Origin: Ginglymostoma cirratum
Taxonomy: Eukaryota
DNA: 64,000 bases
Assembly: GCA_024137785.1 (NCBI GenBank)
Contig: JAHRHZ010000009.1
Span: 19,345,199 to 19,409,198 of the forward strand
Direction of reading: 5' to 3'
A model generated the notes under the pieces. The model was not told the origin of the DNA. It saw only the letters and a list, made by a program, of their open reading frames with translations, and did no database searches. A program made the translations under genes and the position numbers. Positions 37,962 through 50,810 of the stretch are shown here, one piece after another. Numbering within the stretch: position 1 is the stretch's first letter; the number at the start of each line of letters is the position of its first letter.

Positions 37962-38520
37962 AGAGATAAAAGGTACTGCAGATGCTGGAGAATCCGAGAT
38001 AACAAGCATGGGGCTGGATGAACACAGCAGGTCAAGCAGCATCATAGGAGCAGGAAAACTTGACGTTTNNNNNNNNNNNNNNNNNNNNNNNNNNNNNNNN
38101 NNNNNNNNNNNNNNNNNNNNNNNNNNNNNNNNNNNNNNNNNNNNNNNNNNNNNNNNNNNNNNNNNNNNNNNNNNNNNNNNNNNNNNNNNNNNNNNNNNNN
38201 NNNNNNNNNNNNNNNNNNNNNNNNNNNNNNNNNNNNNNNNNNNNNNNNNNNNNNNNNNNNNNNNNNNNNNNNNNNNNNNNNNNNNNNNNNNNNNNNNNNN
38301 NNNNNNNNNNNNNNNNNNNNNNNNNNNNNNNNNNNNNNNNNNNNNNNNNNNNNNNNNNNNNNNNNNNNNNNNNNNNNNNNNNNNNNNNNNNNNNNNNNNN
38401 NNNNNNNNNNNNNNNNNNNNNNNNNNNNNNNNNNNNNNNNNNNNNNNNNNNNNNNNNNNNNNNNNNNNAAACGTCAAGTTTTCCTGCTCCTATGATGCTG
38501 CTTGACCTGCTGTGTTCATC
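37962..38520. mobile_element. Young PLE family A inverted insertion with 16-bp TSD, spanning an assembly gap
   Basis: CAGACCTATAGCTTTC at 37946-37961 and 38521-38536. Arms are exact reverse complements and both run into the gap at the hammerhead AAACGTC. Confidence 0.88.
38069..38468. other. Assembly gap (400 N)
   Basis: Run of 400 N. Confidence 0.99.
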
Positions 38521-40754
38521 CAGACCTATAGCTTTCTACTTTTTGTCTCCCTCCTTTCATGAACAGAGGCATCATATTAGCATTTTTTGAGTCCATTCGA
38601 ATGCCCCAGGAATGCAGTGCCTATTTCAACCAATACATTTACTATTTCCACAGTTACTTCCTTTAAAACCTATGGATGCGAGCTATAAATCCTGGTGGAC
38701 TTTCTGCTATTAGTTTGTCCCATTAGTTTGTCAAAAATGTTGCCCCTTGTGATAGAAACTGTTACAAGACCTTTCCTCCCATTAGTACCTTATTATCTGA
38801 TATCGTTGGGATGTTTATAGTGTCCTGAGCTGGAAAGACTGATGTGAAATAATGGTTTAGATTATCTGCCATTTACTAATTCCCTGTTATCAATTCTCCA
38901 ATTGCATTCTCCAAGGGTTCCATACACACTTTAGCCACTTCCTTTGTTTTAATATATAGAAGCTCTTGTTGTATTCTTTCCCAACTTATTTTTATAATAA
39001 TTTTTTTCCCTTTTTCCTAACTTTTTAGTCACCTTTTTGACATGGATTTATTTTATGCATTATGGAATAGCTACTTAAATGACTGCCACTGCCCATCTAC
39101 TGACTTTCTTCTTAGTCTATTTTCCCAACCTATTCTAGACAACATTGTATTTTTATACCTCTGTAATTGCTCATATTTAAGTTCAGATGTGAGCTGCACT
39201 GTCTCAAACAGAATTTAAAATTCTGCCATGTCTTGATTGCTATCCCCAAGACGATGCTCAACTGTAAGATCTCTTATTAATCATACATGATTATATAATA
39301 TAAAATATAAAACAACCTGTTGATACATAGGTTATACAACACATTGTTCCAAGAAACAATTCCTGATGCAGTCTACAAATCTGTCTTCCATGTTACTGTT
39401 GGCCATTTGATTTATCCAGTCAATATGCAAATTAAAATAATGCGTGACACAATACATGCCTCCATTATTTCCTGATTTATACTTTGCTCTACAGAGATGT
39501 GAATCGTTGGAGTCTATAGACAACTCCCACCCATGCCCTCTTTCCCTTGTTATTCCCTATTTCCACCCAAACTTATTCCATGTCACAATCCATTCCACCC
39601 ACATAACTACTCACCACACTGATACTTTCCTTTTTTAACAGCAGTACTATACCTCCTTTGCAGTTTTGGCTATTTTTCCAGAAGGTCAACGCCGTTAACT
39701 ATTGACTTTCCAGTTTTGGACACATTGTGTCCACGTCTCTGTAATTGCCATCGAGAAATATTCATTTAATTCTATTCATGCCATTACTCCTTTATAATTT
39801 TACAAATGCAGCATGCAGTCAAATAAAGATCCTTAAGCTCAGGCATTCTAATTGGTTCTAATTTCTGCTGCACTCTTTTATTATCTGTTTTGTTCTTCCT
39901 GTGAGACTTTGATTATTGTTTGCCTCTTCACTCCTCAATATCTCTCCTCCCTTGTTTCTTTTTGATTTGACTTTCAGATTCCCTTCAATTGAACTGTCCC
40001 CACCATTAATTAGTTTAAAGCCTTATCTAAAGTCCAGTTTTCTGATTCACCTGGACAATGAATCAACAACTCTCTTCAGTACTGGTACTAATGCCCAATG
40101 AATCAAAACAAATTTCTCCCGCTCAATCTTTGAGCATTTGATCATTTGTCTCTTTGAACATTTATCTCTCTAATCTTATTTAAACTATGCCGACTTGCAT
40201 GTGGTTCAAGTAGTAATAATGACAGCATTACCTTTGTTCTGCTTTTTGATTTAACACCAAGGTCCATGCATGGCAATAACTTCCAGAACCAAAAGTCAAT
40301 GCTACGATCTATGTCAGCAAGCTCCACGCAGAGCGACTGTGCATGTGCGCAGCTTAGAGAGGACATTGTGTATAATTCCTCAACAGAGCCACTTTCCTAG
40401 TCTGACCAATATTTTTGACATCCATGTGTACCATAACAACTGGAACCATCCTCTCCAAATCCAAGTTCCTTTCTAGCTCAGAGAGAGAGGAGAGAGGTCC
40501 TTAACCTTCACACCACATAGGAAACTATGCTGCAGAGAACATTATCTAATCTCCTGACTATTCTAACCCCTACTACAGCTACAATTCTCTTTTCCACCCT
40601 CATTTAAATGGTGTTCTGTGCCATGGTGCTTTGGTTAGTCCACTCAACATCCATGCAATCTGTGACATTATCCACATTTGGAGCAAGAAGTTCAAACCTA
40701 TTTGGAAATAGGGATGACTCAGGGTCTTCAAAAGCTAAACCCTGGATCCCAACC

Positions 40755-40957
40755 AAAGATAGTAAGAACTGCCGATGCTGGAGTCAGAGATAACACAGTG
40801 TGGAGCTGGAGGAACACAGCAGGCCAGGCAGCATCAGAGGAGCAGGAAAGTTGATGTTTCGGGTCAGGAGAATGCTGCTGACCCGAAACATCAACTTTTT
40901 CCTGCTCCTCAGACGCTGCCTGGCCTGCTGTGTTTCTCCAGCTCCACACTGTGTTAT
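40755..40957. mobile_element. PLE family A-variant hairpin mini-insertion with at least 11-bp TSD
   Basis: CCTGGATCCCA at 40741-40751 and 40958-40968. Arms meet at GATGTTTCGGGTCAG-GAGAATGCTG-CTGACCCGAAACATC. Confidence 0.85.
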
Positions 40958-42109
40958 CCTGGATCCCAGTACCTGCTTCACTCCCAGTCACTCTCTCCTC
41001 TCCCTGATCATGGATCCCTCCTGTCACTGTAGCACTTCACATGCAGGCTCATTCTTCACAGTCTGCTTCACTGTGATACTGATTGCTGCACACTCCTGAT
41101 AGTATGATCTACAAATGCCCTCATCACTGTCATCATTCCCTCAGTGACTGGGTACAACGAAGCACATTTTCATACTTGACTTTCCTACTTTCCCTGGGAC
41201 TCTATTGACTTCACTCTGTTAGGCCCCTTTGTAATTATTAACCAAATTTTCAGAATTGACTGCGCCTCATACCCTCGACTGACTTGATAGGAGTCAACGA
41301 GCCATGAAATGGCTGTTTGCATGTCTGCACAAAAATGTCCTTTATCGATTTATAAATGTGTGGCAGCCTGTGCACACAAAACAATGTGGCAAAAACATGC
41401 ACAGATGAGATATCCACCAACTTCAAACTAAAGGGCTGAATGCCCAAAGTGGTGGCTTAATTATCTGAAAGCAGTTATTACAATATGGTGAGGCTAATGG
41501 CTTATCAATGCCAAGGCGTATGGCTGACGGGTCAAGGAGGTCGGTGGCATGTGGAGACTTTGTTCAGAAGAAGCAGTTGGATGATAACCACGATAGGCAT
41601 TCAGTGAGCTGCAGTCAACACGTGTCCATTCTGTTTTACCTGTTTGGTTTTGCGCTGTTTAGTTCCTTGCTGGAAGGGAGAACTGGAAGGGTGGTGCAAA
41701 ATGGAAATGTTGGGGTGCTAATGATGTGCAATTACATGGAAATAAGTTAGTCATCACTCAAGAGCAGGATTCTGAAATCACTATTCATAACTTGAAGGGA
41801 AAATAGTGTGAGTTCTCTCAACATTGAGAATTTGATTTTTTTCCTATTCTTGTCCTATTTATTCACCTTATTTGCCATTACTCTAGACACACCGCTGGGG
41901 GAAAATTCCGCCATAAACTCTGTACCTGACAGGTTTCTGATATTTATGCAGAGATGAATTGAAAAAGAATTTCACTTCTAATTGGAGTCAATGATAATAA
42001 CTTATCAATCTAAATTGAAGAGAAAATTTTGGCAAAATTACTTTGAACAGAGAGATTATGAGTCAGTATTGTGCCATGTAAAGCAGTTAAGGCTGAATCC
42101 TTCGTATAT

Positions 42110-42470
42110 TTGTATGTGCTCTTTTCACAGCCTGTAGGCACTTTACAGCTAAATAAGTGTTTTTGAAGTGCAGTCACTGTTGTCATTAAAGAATGTGGCT
42201 GTGAGTTTGCATATAGCTCCTGTAAACAACAATGTGATAATGAGCAGAACATTCTGTAAAAGTGATGTTGGTGGAGGGATAATGTTGACCAGAAAATCAT
42301 GAATAATTCCTCTGTTGGTCTGCACAGTCTGTGATACCTTGGTTGAGTATTTTTATCTGAAAACTAACATCATTAGCAGTACAGCAGTGCCTTACCATTA
42401 TACTCAACCTGGATTATAAAATCAAATCCTTGGTGTGGTAGGACTCGAACACATAACTGTCTGATGCAAA
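42110..42470 (-). mobile_element. Ancient Deu-domain SINE
   Basis: GGCACTTTACAGCTAA..TTTTGAAGTGCAGTCACTGTTGT, GATGTTGGTGGAGGGATAA, GGACTCGAAC. Confidence 0.55.
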
Positions 42471-43819
42471 GGCAGCCCGCTCAAATGACGAGAAGTGTTT
42501 TGATATTATTTCCTTTATAAAGTGATTGTTTATTAATGCCATCTGAGTAGGATCATTTGAAAAAGAATGCTCACGAGAAACAAAAACTAGTTTTAGATCA
42601 CGTTGGATTTAAAATATTTGTTTTTTTAATTCCTTGTCTGAAAGTCAAAGATGCCATGAGAGACGTGAAAATTGAATGTGTTGTTTAAATGAGAGGATGG
42701 CAATATCGTTTGGACACATCTTTCATCACCAGCAAGTTATACTCATTTGTCATATTCAATACTGACCTATATCTGCAGAAATTAGCACAGCAGTCCATGG
42801 CTTGCTACATGATCACATCTTTTTCCTGTGTTCACTGTCTCGAAGGAATTCTCTATTTGTTCAGCAACTGCATACAGTTTGAACAAATTTCATAAACCTA
42901 GTCCTTGACTTGTTTGGCAACTGCTTTCTCAACAGATATGGCTGAGTGGAAAGAATAAATCTAATCTTTAAATGATGAAGTACATGTAGGTCATGTTGCA
43001 AATACTGAAGAGAGAATCTTGGCAATCCAAGATAAATAGCTTACTGCTATAGTAAAGTTACTTTTCCTTAGTAATTCTTATTCTGATTATTTTACATTTG
43101 CAATAATTTTTGCCTTTTGAAAGATTTTAGATTTGGAAGTCATCAGTTTCCTTTACTTCATTTTAAATCAGTCAAAATTACAGCTTTTTAAAATGTCACT
43201 TATGTTGCCTGTATTTGAATTGTGATCGTCTGAATTTTAATAAAACCTAACAGGGGAAAAGAAAATGTTTTAACTGGCATCGCTATTCCCACAGGATTGA
43301 AAAAGTTATGTGATAATATTTTCAGAAAGAAACCATTTGAGGCACTGGTCTGGATGTAATTCTAAAGATAGTGTTGAGTTGCTAAAAGATGAGCTTTACA
43401 TATCAGCTATGTAGGTCAAGAGAATTGGGATGCTTCATCTTTGAAGAAGCAATCTGCTTATGCAGCACTTTTTAATTGTGCTTTCTTTCCTTGCTTTCTC
43501 ATTGCAGTAAAGTGGAAAATTAATAACTTTGGTGATATAGAACTATATTATGTAGAGCTTTATACATCTTTTAAATTGGAGGTATTCGGTTTGATCATGT
43601 GGCAAAATTATAGCTTAACTTACAAAATCATAAATAATGAGTCCATTTGCCTTGAAATTTCACTCTATGAATATTAATGCCAATGTCCTGTTTTGTCCTA
43701 TTTTATTGAGTGGGTTATTCTCAATGGATTGAACGGCATCATAACAGTGGACAGAGGAATTTCGGAGGAAGGCGTTCAGTATTTTTACATGAAGGACATT
43801 ACAGGATCTTTTATCATGA

Positions 43820-43997
43820 GAGAAAAAAAACAGAAATTGCTATAAAATCCTAGCAGGTCTGGCAGCACCTGTGGAGAGAAGTCAGAGCTATGTTTCAGGT
43901 CCAGTAACCCTGAAGAAGTCCTGAAGAAGGGTTACTGAGATTTTCCAGCAACTTTTGTTATTGTTTCAGTTTTCCAGCATCTGCAGTTCTTTCATTT
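43820..43997. mobile_element. Older PLE hairpin mini-insertion
   Basis: Inverted arms around CAGTAACCC..CTGAAGAAGGGTTACTG, with tail TTCCAGCATCTGCAGTTCT. Confidence 0.65.
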
Positions 43998-44264
43998 TTT
44001 TTGTCCTTTATAATGTGGTTTGATGCCACAATTATGAGTTTGGCTTCAAGGGGAGGGCAAAATTAATTGTCTTCAGGCTCAGACTTAAAACTAATGCTAC
44101 TTATTAAACATTAGGCATGCATATACTAAGCTCTGGGAAATCCTCATGAGGGAAGACCCAATGTATCTTTTTCTTGTGCTTATGTCTATGTATTTTTTCA
44201 ATCTTTCTATATCAGATAATTCTAACACCATCCAAACTATGCTATTTATGCTCAGAGATGTTAA

Positions 44265-44613
44265 TTCATTCACGGGATGAGAGTGTTGCTGGCTTGGCAA
44301 CATTTATTGCCCACCCCTAATTGCCAAGAGGGCAGTTAAGAGTCAACCACATTACTATGGATCTGGAGTCACATGTAGGCCAAACCAGGTAAGGATGGCA
44401 GCTTCCTTCCCTAAAGGACATTAGTGAACTAGATGGGTTTTTCCTGAAAATCAACAATGGATTCATGGTCATCATTAGATTCTTAATTCCAGATATTTAT
44501 TGAATTCAAATTCCACCAACTGCCATGGCGGGATTCAAACCCGGGTCCCCATAACATTATCCGGATCTCTTGGTTAACAGTCCAGCGATAATTCCACTAG
44601 GCCATCGCCTCCC
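44265..44613 (-). mobile_element. tRNA-derived SINE sharing its 3' tail with the CR1/L2-group LINE
   Basis: Minus strand GGGAGGCGATGGCCTAGTGG (A box), GGTTTGAATCC (B box), tail GGCAATTAGGGGTGGGCAATAAATG..CATCCCGTGAATGAA. Confidence 0.85.
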
Positions 44614-47600
44614 CTGTGCTGAGCCATGAAATTGTTGGAAGGTTGCTATTGAGTCCTGAGCCTTAAGTAAAACAATTCTGAAAGCCTTTCCTTGCCTACT
44701 GTTAAATTTGATTAGCAGTCATATACACACTCTCAAATGAGTTACTTAACTTACTCACTGTTACAACACTTACTGCAAATGTTGGCCTTATTTCTCCACA
44801 TCCTTCCAATGTCTTTGACTTGATTTACCTCTTTCAATAGATAGATCAGGAAAATCAGAAACCAGGTATAATAACAGCGTTGGTAATTATTCTTAGCTCT
44901 GCTTAGATTAGAGATTCAGCTGATCCAGCAGTTTGACTACACAACCTGAACGGGTAGTAGGAACCAAGAGATCCATTGTAGGTGCAGTCACATTGTGGCA
45001 AATTGCCGGAGATGTCTGATTTTGTTCCACCTGAGAAAGAGGTCCTGCAATAAAGATAACTAGGTTCTCTGGGACAATCAGATGGGACAATCAGAACTGA
45101 AGTCCCTCATCCCATTGCTATTCTAGTAAACCTTCTCTAAAGTGTTCACATTCTTCCTATATTAGAATTGCACAGCATCAGAAGCTCACCGGTGCACAGG
45201 TAGAAGGAGATCAACACTTCAACAGATAAGTCAAATCCTTACCGGCTATTGAGAGGACAAACAGTACTCTGAGGTCCATGTGTGACAGAAATTTATGGTA
45301 CCTAAACTCAATGTGTCCGCAGGCCTTTCAGCAAGCACAGACCCTCCAGGCAGTTGCGTGACTTAGAGGGAACATTGATAGAGAGGCAATATATTCTTTT
45401 AAAGAAATCTAAAAACTAATTGTTATGACCACTATGATACAACGTTGTATGAGCTAGTTGGACGTTTAATCGCCAGAAGGTAGATTGGCTGCTACTATCT
45501 TCTTTTTAGCTTGATATCTCAGTAACTACTTTGTCTAGTGTCGCATTGGAAAACTACTTGGCAATCTATTGAGAACAAGCTCATGTCTTAAAAAAATGCA
45601 GTTTCTTATAAGATGGCAAGGATAACTAAGTACAAGTAAAATTGTGATCAATATTGGTAGAAGCTTGATTGTCCTGTGGTTTGTTCTCTGTTGTTTTAAA
45701 CTAATTAAACACCTTCCACCATTTGAATAAGATTGAGGTCAAGGTGCTCAGTCATGCTCAAGAGTGAGACTTCTTGATTGCGAGGTGTTTACGCATTCTC
45801 TAGTCTTCTACATTATTGATATTGCAAAGGTGCTTGTAACATGTCATTAACCTGAAGGGATATAATCCCCGACCATGTTTCTGCACTGTTGCATACTGTA
45901 AACAGTGTTTCTCTACCTATGGTATGTGACGTGATAATATAACATTTACCTCAGGATCAAGCTTAAAATTAATAAAATATCCAATTACATAAGCCACTTC
46001 CTGTCAAAATAAATTGGTTGGATCACGAATTTGCGCAGGAATACATTGAATGTGTCTTTTGTTGCCATCATTCATGTCTTTGTTTGAGTAGTTATTTGAC
46101 CTGTTACTGCCCCATAAATTTGCCTTATATCTGCACATCTCCTTTCAAGAGTATTAGGTGGTTCTTAGATTAAAGTAATTGTGAACAGCTTGTAGAACTT
46201 AATCAAAAGTATCTATATCATACAAATTGCTTTTGCAAGTCATAATGATTAACAAAAAAACCCCAATTAAATACAAAAGTGTGATTACTTGTTCAGATGT
46301 GGATTGCGCGTTGAATTTAGAAGCAATTCTGTATCTTAAGAAATTATTTTCCTAAGAAAACCAATTCTGTATTCTATTTGGTCCTTCACTGAAATTAAAT
46401 CTACCAGGCAGCGCTTTTTTCTGCTGCCTTTTCTTTCTAATGTGATTATTTTGTTCTTCATACTTTAAAATTTTTGAATTCCAAAGTGTCTCAATTCTGC
46501 TTTATTTCTTTGCATAAAATACTTTTAAAAATGCTGTACAGCAATGATGTTTTATGTTCATTTTATTAAAGGCTTTTAACTGGACATTACAGCAAGGCTG
46601 CTTCTGCATATTGCTATTTTGGAGGGTTTTCCCCATCATGGTGGTTGAAGATGGAGGATTTCCACGCTTTGTGGTTAAAGTAGAGGATGCCTGCCTTTCA
46701 TGACCAAATAAATGACTCTCTGTGCTCTTTAATGGCATTTCCAAATAAATCCTGCCGCCTGTGGTCTTAAAGATGAATCCTGTTTGCTTAACAGCTTCCC
46801 CAGATGATTTGCACTGTCTGTAGTACTTCCAATACCACTTACTTTACTATTTTAATAAACATTCCCATTTGCTTCAATGCCTTCTCTGAATGAAATCTGA
46901 TATCTGCGACCTTAATACCTTCTTCCCATGTTAACCACAGCTCCAATTATGCATTTCCCACTCTTAATATGCCCTCAATAATCTCTTCATTTTCTTCTTC
47001 CATTAGACTTTGGCTGCTTTCGACTTTTAAATTGCCTCTTTACTACATTTATTCTGGTATTGCAACATTCCTAATGTTGCAATCTCATTTTAAATTACTT
47101 CTATAGCACTTGATTTCCTTTACTGTAGCCAAACGTCAAAGTGGCTGTCTGCAATGGTAGCAACACTGTTTTTGAGCTGTAAGTATTTCTTTTATACTCC
47201 TATTATTTTCAGCCTAAAATTACACAGTATTTCATGAGGTTTCTTCTTGCCAACAGGGATTTTAACTTCACTCATGGAACCTCTGATGTCCATTTGCTCC
47301 CTGTGGCTGAACTGTGATTTGATCTTCTCCTACAGTACGTCAGTACCCGACACAATCTGTAGCTGCCAGCTGTGACTAGTGTTCCAGTTCCATGTAACTT
47401 CTATCTCACACTTCTGCACTTGCCAGACTCTGAATTTCTTTTTAATGATGACAGCAGATTCTTCCTTATTGGATCTTGCCATGAGTTTGCTAGCTGCAGG
47501 CTGTTTGATTGTTTAACTCTTTGCACTGCAAGCACTCTGTCCTTGTCCATCGTAAAGCTGTAATCGGCAATCTTTCTCAGCTTTATGGAATTCAGTCCGC

Positions 47601-49649
47601 ACAGTGAAATTGATTTTCAGTCCTCACCATTGTCTACCATCTGTTGCAGCTAAACTAAATCTTCAGACAGCCACTGCTAGCACCATGTTGTCTGATCTAG
47701 TGGGACTCGTCGTCGCCATAAGGCAGCTTTGCTGCTACCTTCCTTCTTTTAGATGGTGGTCTACGGGACCCTCTTTCTCTCATGTGGTAGAGGGAAATGA
47801 CTAGGTGGACAAGGCTCCTCTCATAAACAAGTTGTAACTTATTGCCTGGTAACAATAAGGTGCAAGTTACTTTGGTATGATAGATATTGTTACATAGACA
47901 ATGCAAAGGTATAATGGCATGTCTGTCTATTTTGAGGTCTGGAACTGTTCTGTGTTTTCCCATCAAGTCCTCAAAAAATCTTCAGATTTAATGGAGCTTA
48001 ATTCAGTCTTCAGTGTTAACCTTTTCAGAGCCATTGCCTTATACATCAATTATCTGTCTACCAGCCCCATGGAGAAAAAAGATTACATTTGGTGAAGCTC
48101 TGGCATTTTGAAGCTAAACGTACAATTAATTTAAAATCATGGGAAACAGAAAATATAAGATGCGTATGCGCACTGTAACTAGTACAGTCTGGAAATCTAA
48201 AGTCAGGAAACAGCACTTAACCAGAAACATTTTGAGCAAACCTCATGATTCACCAGTAGAATATCCAGGCAAGTCGGCAACAACAAACCACCAGCCACAT
48301 CACATCATCATGCATGTTCTCAGGCCAACTCAAGGCACCACTTTAGTCCCTTAGTGCTTTTCTTTGAAGCTCAGAGACACAGATGGTTTGCATGTTTCTG
48401 CCAGATCGCACATGACCCAAACATATCTCATACGTCTGCATGGGATGCAAGTAATGGCTGTTAGGTTACATTTTTAGCAGGACGCATTGTGCAGTTACTT
48501 GGAGACTGTCAATCTCTGCAGCTTGCATTCCTTGTTAGTGCAAAGGGACAGGCAGGCTGTTTGTCAATGTGGAGAGAACAGAACAGCCAAGGGAGTATAC
48601 GTTTTGCTGTGTTCTGCCAGGCTGTATCAATGTCACACTTGTAACATTCCCCAGCAGCTTTTATGGAAAACCCAGTGTATGCCCTTCAAACATATAGGCA
48701 AGGGGACAGGCACTAATTAGCGTGGTAAAGGGTGAGGGGGCTACAGGACTACAGTCAGGAGGTACCAGCTCAGTTGGTCAAAGGGCTTGTCTGATTTCAG
48801 CTGAAGCAGTCGGTCACAGTCAGTTAGAAGCTTGGTCATTATCAATATCTGGAAATTCATATCCTTTCAGTCTGGAGATTGGCACATGGTCAGTCCTACA
48901 GGCCATGTGCACCAAGATAGGTCAGTCAGGGAGCTGTGGAAGCATCAGCCAGAGCAGTGGGTGAATTTTTCCTGTAATGAGACAAAAGAAGGGATTAAGT
49001 ATGATGGAAGTGGATGGAAGAGCAGTTACTGGTGATACAGGAGCAGGCAGGGTGGTGAGAACCTTCTTACTGCACTGCTGCGTGTTCCTTTAAACCTGTA
49101 ACACAGCAATGACACGGGCCACTATCTGTACCAAGACTTCTGGTGGCATCTGGTGACTTCTAACAGCAGTCAGCAGGATAAAAGATGGTCTGCATCTCTA
49201 CCAAACCTCCACGAATCACTTTCAAGACTTTGTCCATCATGTGGCCTGTAAGCTTTCCTCTCTGGGCTATGCCTTCAGTGACAGCAGTTGAGCTCTACAT
49301 CTTGATGGCAGCTTCTGGTTTGCAGCATCTGAAGTGGTTTGTAGCTGTTGAAAACTTCTACTGTTTTCTTGTATGTATATTCTGAATAAGTAGGACAACA
49401 TCATCCTGCTTTCTGTCTGTCACATCTACTTTCCACCTATTGCTGCATGGTATTTTATCGGTAGATCCTGCTTCTGGCTTAATTACTACGATGTTATACT
49501 TTCTGTGACAACTTCCATACCGCTCTGATGCACTACTGTGCCATGGCTAAAACTTCAATTAAAAAAGAAGCTACTTAAAGGATGCAACTAAATAAGGTGA
49601 TATTGTCATTATTTTATATGTGACAGGTCCCCATACCACAAAACACATT

Positions 49650-49930
49650 TAATAGAATCATATGGCCCCAAAGGAAGTCATTCAGCCCATCTTGCCTGGG
49701 TCAGCTGTCTAACAGTTAGGAACCCTCCTCTTTTACTATAATCCTGTAAATATTTTGTTTTCGAGCACTTATCCATTGTCTTTTAAAGAAACTCTTTGAA
49801 CCTGCTTCCACTATCCTTTCATGCAGCAGATTTAAATTACATCAAGTTACTAAATAAAAAAAAAATCTCCTCACCACTCCCTCCACCATGACTTTTCTTT
49901 TTGCCAATTATCTTACGTTTGTGTCCTCTG
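49650..49930 (-). mobile_element. Old CR1 3' fragment
   Basis: ATAGAATCAT..AGGAAGTCATTCAGCCCATC, TGCTTCCACTATCCTTTCA.GCAG. Confidence 0.55.
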
Positions 49931-50599
49931 AATGCGGCCCCTTTTTTAATATATTTGAAATATAGTTTAATATATTTGGTGCTGTTTGAAAAATAATGAG
50001 GTGCAATTCTCCCCAAAAAATATTTTCCTATATATGAAACAAATGTCTGCAATTACAAGGATTCATAAAATAGTTTATGATACAATTACAAAGTAATCAG
50101 GATTGTAAAATTAAGTATATATATTCTTTAAATGGCATTCAATAAGTGAGGTACATGATAGAATCATGCCAAAGAAACTATTGCAAATAATTTGGAAATG
50201 GAAATTGCACGTCATTCTGCAAGCCTAATGATATTTTTTCTGGTACAAAGCATAGATGGATTCACCATAGATAGTGTGATAATTGAAGAACTGCAGCAGG
50301 AAAGACACTGCTTCCAAAAGTTGAAAATAAGGGTCACAAAGATACTTCCTTTAGTCCCATTTTAATTTCAATTAAAGCTTAATTCACCAGCATTCTGATT
50401 ATCGGGATAATGTTTAAATCGGAAAATTTTCTTTAAAAAAATACAAGACTTTTTTTTAACACTAAAAATTTTGAAAGAAAGAACTATTGTTTTCCGAACA
50501 ATTAAGCTCCAATATTGCAAACAATTAACAAATATTTTCTATTGAATTTCTGGAGGAAACTTTCAAAACTTTCACACCATGTTTGAATCAGGCCCAACA

Positions 50600-50810
50600 C
50601 TGGCTAAACCTCTCCACCTCTCTACATTTAGGTCTGTCTTTATGATACTTATTCAAACTGATCTCCTTAAGCAAGCTTTTTTTTCCCCTTTTAATCTTTA
50701 GTTATAATATATCCTTATGTGGCTTTAGTGATGCATTTTGTTTTGTAATACTGTTATGTAATACCTTGGGACTTTTTACTACATTAAACAAGGGATACAA
50801 AGGCAAGCGA
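50600..50810 (+). mobile_element. L2 LINE 3' end
   Basis: CTAAACCTCTCCACCTCTCTAC..CAAGCTTTT..ATATCCTTATGTGGCT..CCTTGGGAC.TTTTACTACATTAAA. Confidence 0.6.

Larger units (their letters stand above)
37805..41000 (-). mobile_element. Long degenerate CR1 LINE (upstream ORF region, endonuclease, start of RT) with two PLE hairpins inserted
   Basis: Minus strand GFVKGKLCLTNLLEF, YRSVSLTSVIGKML, FNLHIDWINQM..MEDRFVDCIRNCFLEQ. The 5' boundary is approximate. Confidence 0.75.

Noticed and set aside
40297-40368. About 70-bp hAT-like mini-element ending CTTAGAG.G.ACATTG (similar at 45308-45377)
   Set aside because: Left TIRs are too degenerate and there is no 8-bp TSD.
45070-45096. 13-bp tandem duplication TGGGACAATCAGA (also a 9-bp one near 12080)
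   Set aside because: Ordinary slippage duplications.
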